Part shown: one piece after another, positions 7,266 through 16,953 of the stretch | Position numbering within the stretch: the stretch's first letter is position 1 | Layout of the letters: each line of letters opens with the position of its first letter | IMG/VR virus record: IMGVR_UViG_3300033121_001571 | Length of the DNA stretch: 64,000 bases | Source of the DNA: a virus | Lineage: Duplodnaviria; Caudoviricetes | Strand: one strand, 5' to 3' | Program-made: the position numbers and the translations under genes | Notes under the pieces: generated by a model | Told to the model about the DNA's origin: nothing | The model's input: the letters and a program-made list of their open reading frames with translations, nothing else | Databases searched by the model: none

Positions 7266-7593
7266 CAGAACCCTTCTTTAGAGAAATAGATATAGCATTT
7301 GAAACAAGTGATCTTAAGTCGTCTTCAGTCTGTTTGACAACTTTGTCAACGACGTTTTGAATGTGTTTGAAAGTTACATCATCAAAATTTCTAGTCTCAG
7401 AATCAAACTTATCTCTAAAAGATAGAACGAGATTTTTCTGCATAGTGCTACGCAACTTCTCAGAGAACCCACTGATTGCATCAACTAGATTCTTATTTGA
7501 ATCTACGTTCTGCACGGGTTCAGTCTGAAAGACTGCAGGCGACATAGCAACTTCTTTGATTAACTTCTTTAGATCTCTAACTGAGATTTTCAC
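7258..7593 (-). CDS. Small protein with the shared N-terminal leader (MKISVRDLKKLIKE)
   Basis: Start moved to GTG 7593, 5 nt after the ATACTTA motif. Confidence 0.7.
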   Translation of the reverse strand: MKISVRDLKKLIKEVAMSPAVFQTEPVQNVDSNKNLVDAISGFSEKLRSTMQKNLVLSFRDKFDSETRNFDDVTFKHIQNVVDKVVKQTEDDLRSLVSNAISISLKKGSVD

Positions 7594-7609
7594 GTCAATA
7601 AGTATTGCA

Positions 7610-10123
7610 TCAACACTTACTGACGCCACACGCAGCACAAGTCATACAACCTTGCATGTACTGCAAGTCTTGACTACCACAATTTTCACAAGTTTTTTCA
7701 AGTCTGTATTTTGTTCCATCAGAAACATAACTCTTGCTTAAAACTTTTGCAAGTGCTGTTGAAAATGAAGTGATATCTGAATATTTGTCTTTTCTCAGTT
7801 GTTCAACAATGAAATTAACAGGAACTCCGTGTCGTAGAGACAAAGAAACCATTCTTGTTAAAGAACCATAAGAAGGATTGTCAAATAAGTTAACAATGTC
7901 TTTAAAAACAAGCAAGTCTTTCTCTGAATCATCAACGCTTATTTCTAAGTTATAAGTCACAACACCGTCAGAATTCTTTCCATTTTTAATGATAGTTCCT
8001 TTTTTGAATTTCTTTGGTACTTCAACGTGTTGTGACAAACCTGCAAACACTTCATATGGTTTATCGTTCAACAAACCCACAATTACCAAATACGTCTCTC
8101 CCTTCACGTTGACCCGAGATAAATCACACTTAAGCTCTTTTGGCCTCTTTTGTGCGTTGCCAACTAATATTCCTGAAGCATCCTGACGGTCAGAAGAACC
8201 GTTCTTTGACAAGTTCTCTGTAGAGACAAGCACACCGTTCTTAGACTCATCTCTGTACATGGTTATACCTTTACAACCTAGTTTCCATGCAAGCATATAA
8301 GTCTCTGAGATCTGTTCACTCGTTGCGCTCTTTGGAAGATTTATTGTCTTAGACAGACTGTGCTCACAGAACTGTTGTGCAGTAGCTTGGATCTTTACAG
8401 CTGAAAGGTGAGGAATTTCATTTGCTGTGAAACCCCAATAAGGAGATCTCTTGATATCTGTCTCACCAGTAATATCTTTCCAAAGCTGGAGTCCATGGTG
8501 AGTCACCATGTACTCTTGCCAAGAGTCGCCAGAGTCATCTACGAAATCAATCTTTTCTGCGGAGTCTTTATTGACTTTTCTTCTTCTCCCGTACTCCAAC
8601 AAAAACACAGGTTCAATACCACTAGTTGTCTGTGTCATCGTTGAAACAGTACCAGCAGGTGCAGTGGTAGTCAACGCAATATTTCTACGTCCATATGTAA
8701 CAAGATCTTGTATCTCTTCTGGTAAGAGATATTGCTTTAGTCTGTCTAAGTAAGGATGACTCTCTGCATATCGTTTAGGATCACAAACAGGAAACTTACC
8801 TCTTTCTTTTGCCATAAGAACAGATTCTCTGTGTGTAGCAAGTGCTAGTGTTTTATAGATCTCTTCAGTGAGTTTCAAAGACTCATCACTTCCATATCCA
8901 ATGTTAAGATACGCAAACACATCTCCAAGAGCAGTGATTCCAGTGCCAGTGCGGCGACCTTTCACACCAGCTTCTCTTATTCTTTCCCACAACCTTTCTT
9001 CTACAGAAGAAACTTCATCTGGCTCATTACTACAGTTAACTTTTTCGATGATTTTATTGACTGCTTCTAATTCTAAGTCTACGAGATCATCCATCAACCG
9101 TTGAGCTTTTCTAGCGTCTTTTTCAAAAGCATCAAAATCAAACTTTGCAGCAGACGTAAACGGATCAGAGACATATTTCACTAGATTGATCAACAACAGA
9201 CGACAAGAATCATACTTGGATAGACCAATTTCTCCGCACGGATTAGTCGATATTGTCTCAAATCCTTTATCACTGAAGATATCAGCCATAGAGTCTTTAG
9301 TCATTCTATCCCAGAAAAACACTCCAGGATCTCCACACTTCCACACTGCCAGCGCTAACTGATCCCAAATCTTTCTAGCTTTTACTGTCTTTGTCAGTTT
9401 AGCAGTTTCTGGTGTTGCAGAAACAGGCCAACGCAAAACAAAGTTATCATCATTTTCAACTGCTTGCATAAACTCATCAGTTAACCTGATTGATATGTTA
9501 GCTCCCGTGACATTTTCTTGATTTGTTTTGATATCAATAAATGTCTCTATTTCTGGATGATAACAAGAGATTGTCATCATAAGCGCGCCACGGCGACCGC
9601 CTTGACCAACTTCTCTAGTTGAATTTGAGTACCTCTTCATAAACCCAGCAATGCCATCTGTTGTCCTAGCGGCATTTGTGGTTGGCATTCCTTTTGGTCG
9701 AATGTTAGACAGATCAAACCCTACACCTCCTCGACGTTTGGAGATCTGAACTAATTGCTGGTCGGTCATACAAATCCCACCGTACGAATCTAGTGGAGAC
9801 GGAATGACAAAACAGTTAGAAAGTGATTGTATCTGGTTAGAGTTTCCTATACCAGACATTGGTGATCCTTGAGGAACAATTTTCCAGTTAGAAAACAACT
9901 GATAGATCTCATCATACGTCATTGGATTGGGATACATCGACTCAATACGCAAAAACTCTTTTGCAAGTCTTTTGTGCATGTCGTCTGGTGTCACTTCAAT
10001 GACATCATTTTCGATATTTCGAAGAGCATATTTTTCTACAAAAGCATCTGCTGCTAACTCATCACCCTTGAAATACTTTAACGATTCAGCCTTTGCAAAA
10101 GCGTCTAATTTTTTATTTGTCAT
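7610..10123 (-). CDS. nrdJ: Class II (adenosylcobalamin-dependent) ribonucleotide reductase
   Basis: SLSNCFV, RRGGVG, RRGALM, TNPCGEI, TTAPAGT, SKTINLP, KGITMYRD, and a C-terminal CENCG...CAACGVSKC Zn ribbon. No beta subunit nearby. Confidence 0.92.
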   Translation of the reverse strand: MTNKKLDAFAKAESLKYFKGDELAADAFVEKYALRNIENDVIEVTPDDMHKRLAKEFLRIESMYPNPMTYDEIYQLFSNWKIVPQGSPMSGIGNSNQIQSLSNCFVIPSPLDSYGGICMTDQQLVQISKRRGGVGFDLSNIRPKGMPTTNAARTTDGIAGFMKRYSNSTREVGQGGRRGALMMTISCYHPEIETFIDIKTNQENVTGANISIRLTDEFMQAVENDDNFVLRWPVSATPETAKLTKTVKARKIWDQLALAVWKCGDPGVFFWDRMTKDSMADIFSDKGFETISTNPCGEIGLSKYDSCRLLLINLVKYVSDPFTSAAKFDFDAFEKDARKAQRLMDDLVDLELEAVNKIIEKVNCSNEPDEVSSVEERLWERIREAGVKGRRTGTGITALGDVFAYLNIGYGSDESLKLTEEIYKTLALATHRESVLMAKERGKFPVCDPKRYAESHPYLDRLKQYLLPEEIQDLVTYGRRNIALTTTAPAGTVSTMTQTTSGIEPVFLLEYGRRRKVNKDSAEKIDFVDDSGDSWQEYMVTHHGLQLWKDITGETDIKRSPYWGFTANEIPHLSAVKIQATAQQFCEHSLSKTINLPKSATSEQISETYMLAWKLGCKGITMYRDESKNGVLVSTENLSKNGSSDRQDASGILVGNAQKRPKELKCDLSRVNVKGETYLVIVGLLNDKPYEVFAGLSQHVEVPKKFKKGTIIKNGKNSDGVVTYNLEISVDDSEKDLLVFKDIVNLFDNPSYGSLTRMVSLSLRHGVPVNFIVEQLRKDKYSDITSFSTALAKVLSKSYVSDGTKYRLEKTCENCGSQDLQYMQGCMTCAACGVSKC

Positions 10124-10166
10124 TTTTAACCTAAATTCACGAACTAAGACAGATTACATTCATAAA

Positions 10167-11573
10167 TCAATCTCTAGACTTGTTGCTAGTTGTCTCAGAA
10201 ACAATCTTTTCGCGTTGCAGTTCTTTCCACTTGCTTCTTAACGTTGCTTTGATATCTTCTTCATTTTCTTTATTTGCATCTGCAGGCGTACTAGACTCTC
10301 CCACAACAGTAAAAGAGGATCTACTTGTATCTATCTTGATGGGATAGACAAGACCGTCTCGACCTGATCGGTTTTTTGCTATGTAAATTCTACCAAGGCC
10401 TGTTGCTTTTTCGTGAACTCTTCTAGAGAGACCAAGAATAAAATCAGCAACGTGAGCTTTACCATATGCTTCAGACATATTTGTCATATCAATGATCTCT
10501 GAACTTGCACCCTCTTTGTTAGATTGAGAAGCAGTTGCAATTGGAAATCCCTTTTCATCAGCTAAGGAACGCAGTTCTTCATAGATCAACTTTAATTCAT
10601 GCCTTAATGAATCATACTCTCTAGTAGATCTCATGATGTCTGCATAGTCAACTATGACAAGATCGGGCTTAAATCCCTTTAATTCTAATCTTTCCATGTG
10701 TGCTCTTAACGTGAACACTGACGCAGAGTTAGATGGAAAGTGTTTAATAATGAGTTTCCCTAAGCTCATGTTCTTGTACTTATCCATAACTTGGTCTTTT
10801 GAATCGATAACATCGCTAGCATTGATGTCACACAAATTTGAATCATATCTGACACCTATCACGTGTTCTGCTAACTCAAACGTGTAGTGCAACACATTTT
10901 TTTGCATACGTAAAGCATTTGCACCAAGTGCAGTCAAAAAGTGTGATTTTCCCACGCCAGAACATGCAACAACTACAAACAGTTCACCTTTACCCATTCC
11001 ACCGTTAAGAATGTCTTTTTGATCTAACTCAGCTATTCCTGTTGGAATACAGTCTCTGCTTAATCTAGTAAATCTAGCTTCATAGTCAACAAAAAAATCA
11101 TGACCCATAGACGGGCTTGTACCAACTTGAGTGGCTTTCTTAATCTCTGAAACTATGCTGTCATATTTTTCAGAGTCAGAGTCAATCTTTGAAATTGCGT
11201 TCTCAATAGCCTTCTTAAGAGCTTGTTTACGACAAAATTCAATGCTTTTGTCTTTAACGTATGGTAAATCACCAGGATCTGGGTTTAGTTTAACTTTTTG
11301 TAAATAACTGATTATTTGTGTCTGGATATACTCATCTGCGTTAGTCTTCAACGCATCTTTAACAAGCGTTAACAAAATTGAAAATGAAGGAAACGTCTTG
11401 TATTTTTTTGCATGAGAAAAATACTTCTCTGTCAAAAATGACAGATGCTTTGATTCTATGTACTTTGGATCAAAGACTTCTAACATATCCTCAGCAAATT
11501 TCTGGTCTACTAAAAGCGCTTGAACAAACTTCTCTTGAAAAGAAGAACCAAAATCTGCAAACGAATTAATCAT
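10167..11573 (-). CDS. DnaB-like replicative helicase (T4 gp41-like)
   Basis: Walker A ACSGVGKS, YTFEL, IVDYADIM, TASQSNK, KNRSG. Confidence 0.92.
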   Translation of the reverse strand: MINSFADFGSSFQEKFVQALLVDQKFAEDMLEVFDPKYIESKHLSFLTEKYFSHAKKYKTFPSFSILLTLVKDALKTNADEYIQTQIISYLQKVKLNPDPGDLPYVKDKSIEFCRKQALKKAIENAISKIDSDSEKYDSIVSEIKKATQVGTSPSMGHDFFVDYEARFTRLSRDCIPTGIAELDQKDILNGGMGKGELFVVVACSGVGKSHFLTALGANALRMQKNVLHYTFELAEHVIGVRYDSNLCDINASDVIDSKDQVMDKYKNMSLGKLIIKHFPSNSASVFTLRAHMERLELKGFKPDLVIVDYADIMRSTREYDSLRHELKLIYEELRSLADEKGFPIATASQSNKEGASSEIIDMTNMSEAYGKAHVADFILGLSRRVHEKATGLGRIYIAKNRSGRDGLVYPIKIDTSRSSFTVVGESSTPADANKENEEDIKATLRSKWKELQREKIVSETTSNKSRD

Positions 11574-12528
11574 TCAATTCCTGTCTTGCTAAGTACTGCA
11601 AATCATAACAAACACTCTCAACATCTAAATCAGATATGTGTTCATCATGAAGCAGACGGTACAACGTAATCTTATCAATGTGAGGCTTATTTGTACCACA
11701 GGTATAATCAATCTTAAGCCGTGTCTGTTGAGTCAACATACTTCCATCTAAAAAAACTAATCTCCAATTCTGTTTTACGAGTTCAGCTTCGTCAATCACT
11801 CTCTTGTACAATTTAGAATCACTGATGTGCGTGTGACAATAATTCAACAGATCTTCTACCAAGACTGACTCTTGTGACGACAATATTGGAAACAGTTTAG
11901 AGACAGTCTTAAATCCAAATCCCTTCACTCCGGGAATGTTATCGCTTGGATCTCCACACAAACACTTTGCTAACGCAAAGTTCTGCGGAGTGATTCTGAA
12001 TTCATCAAATATGTTTTGTTCTGACACATACTTTTTCTTGTGAAAACTGTAGATCAGCGTGTTTTCATCTACTAATTGATAGAAATCTTTGTCAGAAGAT
12101 GCAATGATGTTTTTTTGTCCTCTCAGTGCATACTTGCAAAGATACGATATAACATCATCTGCTTCACACTCAGATGCATATAGTTGGTGAACTGGCAAAT
12201 TTTTCAAAAACTGGATAAGAATCACAGTCTGTCTTTGTCTGTTATCGTCTGTTGATGGAATATCTCCCTCGTAATAACGATTAAGTTTTTCTGGTTTTCT
12301 ATTCATCTTATATTCGCTAAAGATGCTTCTTCTCTTGGAAGACCCACCTCCTTCCCACGCGATAAAGACTTGCTTTGGTTTGATCTCTCTAATCAACTTT
12401 TGAAGAGTCTTGACATAACCAATAAAGCCTCCCATTGGTTCACCGTTAGCATCCATAGATGGAAATGCAGACCAAGATCTCAAAAACAGGTTTGCTGAAT
12501 CAATGATTAGGTTAGTAGAATCATTCAT
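11566..12528 (-). CDS. 5'-3' exonuclease/flap endonuclease (T4 RNase H-like)
   Basis: IIDSANL, YKMNR, EADDVI, SSDKDFYQL, GDPSDNIPGVKGFGFKT. Start moved to ATG 12528. Confidence 0.92.
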   Translation of the reverse strand: MNDSTNLIIDSANLFLRSWSAFPSMDANGEPMGGFIGYVKTLQKLIREIKPKQVFIAWEGGGSSKRRSIFSEYKMNRKPEKLNRYYEGDIPSTDDNRQRQTVILIQFLKNLPVHQLYASECEADDVISYLCKYALRGQKNIIASSDKDFYQLVDENTLIYSFHKKKYVSEQNIFDEFRITPQNFALAKCLCGDPSDNIPGVKGFGFKTVSKLFPILSSQESVLVEDLLNYCHTHISDSKLYKRVIDEAELVKQNWRLVFLDGSMLTQQTRLKIDYTCGTNKPHIDKITLYRLLHDEHISDLDVESVCYDLQYLARQELND

Positions 12529-12578
12529 TACATGTAAATTACAAATACTCAAACTGACGTACAGATAATTACACTTGC

Positions 12579-13193
12579 ATGAGTTCTCTGCTTTTAGAAT
12601 TTCTTTCGCTTTCATTAAATGAAATCAGAAGCAAAACATTTTCACTTAAAACATTCGAACAACTTCCCTCTAGAACGAAAATGATTGACTATGCAAACAG
12701 ACACTTGGTAAGAGCTGGATTGGGAACATCAAGAGCAACTTACATCTTATCTTCTAAGAAAGCGTTAAAGATTGCAAGAAATAACGCGGGTGTAGATCAA
12801 AACATAGCAGAGATAGTTGCATCTGCGAAGTTAAAAAGCGATTTGTTCCCGAAAGTTTATGATTTTGACGAAAATGGTAAATGGATCATTGCTGACTTAG
12901 TCAGACAGCTACGAAATACTGAAGAATTTACTGAAATCACTGGTTACACACCAGATGATTTTTTTAGTGATGTCACTCTTGGCGCAAGCTCTACAGAAGA
13001 ATTTGTAAAAGCATTTCCAAACACAACTCAAACAGGTATAGCATTGTTTGATGAACTATCTACAATACATAAATTAGATCCACAATTTGGAATGGATCTA
13101 GCTTATGATAACTGGGGTATAACTCCTGACAGACGTCTAGTGATGTTAGACTCTGGGATGACAAACAGCATCTACGAAAAATGGTACGAATGA
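12579..13193 (+). CDS. Protein kinase-like fold enzyme, paralog A
   Basis: Gly loop GLGTSRATY, ALKIA, alphaC QNIAE, catalytic loop DLAYDNWG, and LDSG as the DFG equivalent. Confidence 0.75.
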   Translation: MSSLLLEFLSLSLNEIRSKTFSLKTFEQLPSRTKMIDYANRHLVRAGLGTSRATYILSSKKALKIARNNAGVDQNIAEIVASAKLKSDLFPKVYDFDENGKWIIADLVRQLRNTEEFTEITGYTPDDFFSDVTLGASSTEEFVKAFPNTTQTGIALFDELSTIHKLDPQFGMDLAYDNWGITPDRRLVMLDSGMTNSIYEKWYE

Positions 13194-13885
13194 GACAGAC
13201 AATAACATTAAATGAGTTAAGAACGATCATATCGGATTCTTTGCTGCAAGAATCTGTTATTGACAAACTTAACGATGCTGTCAAAAATAAAGAATCTGAA
13301 GAAGACGCTGCAAAAAAATTGTTAGCTATCGCTAAAAAAAACTTACGAAAGATAGGTTTTGGATCATCAAGAGTATCTTATGCGCTTTCTTCAAAAAAGG
13401 TGCTAAAGATTGCACTAAATTCAAAAGGTTATATTCAGAACAGAGTTGAATTTTTGTTGTCAAACAAACAAGATATCAACAAACATGTCACAAAAGTTTT
13501 TGCAACAGCACCATATAACACTTTCAATTTCATAATCAGCGAACTTGTACGCCCAGCAAATATGCGTGACATCATCAATGTCACAGGCACAATTTTGAGT
13601 AAATTTTTAACATACGTCTATGACGTGAAAAATTCTCCAGAGATGGTTGAATACCTAACAAAAGAAAATAAAATAACACCACAAGGCCTAGAATTAGCTC
13701 AATGGTTGAGCAATCTAGAAGACAAATATGACGTATATATCACAGATCTTTACATGCCAGAACAATGGGGTATGACATCAGATCAGAAACTCGTGGTGTT
13801 AGACACAGGATTCACGGGAGAGACTTCGAACTTCTACGGGTCTTCTAGATATGAAAACGATTGGATCAGCCCGTTAGATGACTAA
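13190..13885 (+). CDS. Protein kinase-like fold enzyme, paralog B
   Basis: IGFGSSRVSY, VLKIA, QNRVE, DLYMPEQWG, LDTG. ATGA-coupled start at 13190. Confidence 0.72.
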   Translation: MRQTITLNELRTIISDSLLQESVIDKLNDAVKNKESEEDAAKKLLAIAKKNLRKIGFGSSRVSYALSSKKVLKIALNSKGYIQNRVEFLLSNKQDINKHVTKVFATAPYNTFNFIISELVRPANMRDIINVTGTILSKFLTYVYDVKNSPEMVEYLTKENKITPQGLELAQWLSNLEDKYDVYITDLYMPEQWGMTSDQKLVVLDTGFTGETSNFYGSSRYENDWISPLDD

Positions 13886-15079
13886 TCACTCACTGACAAC
13901 TTCGTCTTGATCATCACTTTCTGATTCTTCATCATCACTTGCTGGTGATCCAAACTGTTTAGTCAAGGCTGTGTCAATGATTTTTTCAATGTAAGTCTTA
14001 TATAATGGATCTTTTCTGATTTGGTCAAATTCATCTTTTCTAAAAGACTTAGAAAGAATTTCTTCTCCCGTTTGGACATTCACAACTTCAAGTTTTTTCC
14101 AACCACCATCACCAGAAATCGAAAGTTTTTGATTGTTATGAACAACTGAATTCTTGTCACAATAAGCTCGCAATACATCAAACAATTCTTCATTTTCATC
14201 AATACCCACACCAAACAAGATTTTAAACTCAAACTTTTGAAATGGTGGGGCTACCTTGTTTTTCTTGATGTTAACAGTGACTTTAATGCCAATCTCATTT
14301 CCTGCTTTGTCTTTTACTGGTGACCCTGAACCTAATCTTATTCTCACAGAAGCGTGAAATGGAATTGCACGACCGCCAGGAACAAAATTTGGATCGCCGT
14401 GCATAACTCCTATGCTTGTTTTTAACTGGTTGATACAGATCAAAGTGATGTTATTTTTAGCCAAGACACCAGATATCTTTCTCATACACTTCGCAATGAC
14501 TCTAGCTTGAAGACCCATTGTGTCTTTGTCATATTCACCCTCTAGTTCTGCTTTTGGTGACGTAGCTGCAACGCTGTCCCAAATCACTAAAATTGGAACA
14601 TTTTTATCAATGATCTGCTTTGCTTTTTCAATAGTGCTTTCCATGATATGGAACACTTCTTCTGTACAGTGAGTATCAACATAAACAAATCTCTTGCTAA
14701 CATCAACACCCATCTTTGCTAACTTGTCTACGGGTGTAGCATTTTCTGTGTCAATATAAACAACTAAACCTCCCAAACTTTGAACATATGACGCAGCGTT
14801 ATATGCTAAGTGTGACTTGCCAGAACTTGGAAGTCCTGATATCTCAATGACTCTTCCTTCTGGATAACCGCCTCCTGCTGCGTTCCTGATCGCGTAATTT
14901 AACTGAACAGAACCCGTGTCTAACCACCTTTTGACAATAGTTGGTGCTTCTGCCTCAGACAAGTTATAAGCAACCCTGAGTCCCATCTCTTTGTTGATAT
15001 CCTTTATCAACTGAGATGTAAAATCATCTACTGCCTTGTTCTCTTTTTCTTTTTTAGACACGTTTCCTCTTGTTTGCAA
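13886..15079 (-). CDS. recA: RecA/UvsX recombinase
   Basis: GGYPEGRVIEISGLPSSGKS, YIDTENA, IWDSVAA, GLQAR, INQL, PGGRAIPFHASVRI, KNKVAPP. Confidence 0.95.
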   Translation of the reverse strand: MQTRGNVSKKEKENKAVDDFTSQLIKDINKEMGLRVAYNLSEAEAPTIVKRWLDTGSVQLNYAIRNAAGGGYPEGRVIEISGLPSSGKSHLAYNAASYVQSLGGLVVYIDTENATPVDKLAKMGVDVSKRFVYVDTHCTEEVFHIMESTIEKAKQIIDKNVPILVIWDSVAATSPKAELEGEYDKDTMGLQARVIAKCMRKISGVLAKNNITLICINQLKTSIGVMHGDPNFVPGGRAIPFHASVRIRLGSGSPVKDKAGNEIGIKVTVNIKKNKVAPPFQKFEFKILFGVGIDENEELFDVLRAYCDKNSVVHNNQKLSISGDGGWKKLEVVNVQTGEEILSKSFRKDEFDQIRKDPLYKTYIEKIIDTALTKQFGSPASDDEESESDDQDEVVSE

Positions 15080-15093
15080 AAATAAATGCTAGT

Positions 15094-15128
15094 GAGACCA
15101 ACGGCTTCTATGACGTTGGTCTCTTTTT
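15094..15128. terminator. Intergenic hairpin between SSB and RecA, with a T tract on the + strand
   Basis: GAGACCAACG-N10-CGTTGGTCTC-TTTTT. Confidence 0.55.
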
Positions 15129-15142
15129 CAAGTGACTACTTT

Positions 15143-16006
15143 TCAGTCTTTTTCAAGATCTTCAAAAGCAGCATCTAACGACATAGTCTTTTTAGGCGCA
15201 GCATCGAGGTCTACAACAGGACTCTTCTTCTTTTTATCCTGTTTTAGTTCTGACTCAAGCTTATCTACAAGATCAAGTTTCTTCTCGCTTGACTTATCAG
15301 TATAAGAACCATCAGAAGCAAATGAAGATGGACTTCCCGCTTCTAGCCACTTATTCAAGATGTCTTCAATTTCGCTCTCTGTCTTAGTATTAAACCTGTA
15401 CAGAGGCATGATATCATCAGGTACTGACTGAAGCCACTTGTTCATCTCATCAACGTCTTTAGAAAGCGGAGATGAACTTCTTGCAACGTCAACAGACAGA
15501 TCAAGGGCACTTTTTCCCTTTGCTTGTGTGGCTTTCACCTTAAGATCAAGACCACTTTTTGGATCCATGATGTCTGCTTGTATCTCTTCATCCAAGTAGA
15601 ATCCTAGCATTCTTTGCATTATTGTCTTGCTGAATGTCCATATCTGGACGCCTAGTTGTGGAGCATCACGATCAATGATCGCAGCGTGACTTCTCAATTT
15701 TGGATTGAGTTGCTTTGCAATCTGCTTGTCTTCATCTTTTCCAGATGAATAAAGTTTCTTCTGCAGATCATAAATTGGATCTGGTTTTCCAAATTGCTTT
15801 GGAGCTACTATTGACTCACCACCAACATAATAGATCCAAAGATCTTTGAAAGGTGTGCCATCTTCTGTAGACTTCCAGGGCACACACCTGATTTTATACT
15901 CGCCTACTGTCTGACACTTCTTCCACTTTTGGAGCTTGTTTGCGTTTTTTGTTGAAAAATCGAATTCTTGCAACTTCTTTCGAATTGCATCTAAGTTTAC
16001 TGCCAT
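15143..16006 (-). CDS. Single-stranded DNA-binding protein (T4 gp32-like)
   Basis: Adjacent to RecA. KIRCVPW, FGKPDPI, VQIWTF, DIMDPKSGLDL and acidic tail LDAAFEDLEKD. Confidence 0.8.
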   Translation of the reverse strand: MAVNLDAIRKKLQEFDFSTKNANKLQKWKKCQTVGEYKIRCVPWKSTEDGTPFKDLWIYYVGGESIVAPKQFGKPDPIYDLQKKLYSSGKDEDKQIAKQLNPKLRSHAAIIDRDAPQLGVQIWTFSKTIMQRMLGFYLDEEIQADIMDPKSGLDLKVKATQAKGKSALDLSVDVARSSSPLSKDVDEMNKWLQSVPDDIMPLYRFNTKTESEIEDILNKWLEAGSPSSFASDGSYTDKSSEKKLDLVDKLESELKQDKKKKSPVVDLDAAPKKTMSLDAAFEDLEKD

Positions 16007-16030
16007 GTTTTCCTTTTTTTGTTTGAACGA

Positions 16031-16309
16031 TTACGTCTTTTTAGACTTTTTTTCGTAACTATTTTTTCGTTTGTTGGCATTGACATCATCAGCAGATGCG
16101 CCTAATGGTGCCATGTAGCCCATTATAGCGCCAACTCCTGAAAATTCGTCAACATTTTGTTTCTGATCTAATCTGTCTTTGTCGTCTTTTTTTGTGCTCT
16201 TAGCACTTTTGACAGAGTTAGATTTTGACACTAACTGCTGAGGAACTCTTGCATTAGCTTGCTCACTTAAAAGCAAGTCAAGATATTCCTTGAGAAGTGT
16301 CAAATCCAT
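16031..16309 (-). CDS. Small protein (leader MDLTLLKEYLDLLLSE)
   Basis: ORF with ATATTTA 6 nt upstream. Confidence 0.65.
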   Translation of the reverse strand: MDLTLLKEYLDLLLSEQANARVPQQLVSKSNSVKSAKSTKKDDKDRLDQKQNVDEFSGVGAIMGYMAPLGASADDVNANKRKNSYEKKSKKT

Positions 16310-16332
16310 CGCTTATAAATATACTGCCAACT

Positions 16333-16929
16333 TCAAATTTGACCCTTTTCTTGCTTAGTAGCAATAAGATCAGATAAATGAACTATCGTAGCAAGCTTTG
16401 GTTCTTTCATACTATATTTCTTATTTGCGTCCTCGTACATACCGTCATTCAATAAAATTGCAAGATACTCTTCTTGAGAAAGAGTAACGTTAAAATGTTG
16501 ACACAACCACAGAGATCTGTGTGGCACTAACATATATTTCAAATTCTCATTAACTGCATAGTCTTCTCCAAGTTTTTGACGACGCCATTCTTCTGCAGGA
16601 ACATAATAATCGTTTGTCAAATCACCAGCTTTTCCAATATCATGAAACAACGATGTTAATATGACTGAATCCTTCATAGATTTCCACTCTGATTGTTCAC
16701 AATAAGATTTCATCATCACTACAGCATTCTTACACACTCTAAGAGAGTGATCGACTAAACCGCCAGCAAACGAATTATGATAAGAACGCTTACTAGACGC
16801 GGGACACAGAGCAAGTCTCTCACCAAAATGATCAACTAACTTAAGTGCAGATTCAGATCGATCACCAATCTTAGAAAGAAGATCTCTAAATTGATTAAAG
16901 TTTTCAGTGATCTCTTCAGCAGTCAGCAT
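16333..16929 (-). CDS. HD-domain phosphohydrolase (YhaM-like HD domain)
   Basis: PASS..YHNSFAGGLVDHSL, LFHDIGK, VHLSDL. Upstream TTGAAC-N17-TAAACT promoter. Confidence 0.85.
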   Translation of the reverse strand: MLTAEEITENFNQFRDLLSKIGDRSESALKLVDHFGERLALCPASSKRSYHNSFAGGLVDHSLRVCKNAVVMMKSYCEQSEWKSMKDSVILTSLFHDIGKAGDLTNDYYVPAEEWRRQKLGEDYAVNENLKYMLVPHRSLWLCQHFNVTLSQEEYLAILLNDGMYEDANKKYSMKEPKLATIVHLSDLIATKQEKGQI

Positions 16930-16953
16930 GTAGTAAGTTTACTATGCAGTGGT

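Noticed and set aside
7610-15079. Inteins or introns in RNR, helicase or RecA
   Set aside because: Lengths are normal, motifs are contiguous, and no intein or homing-endonuclease signatures were seen.
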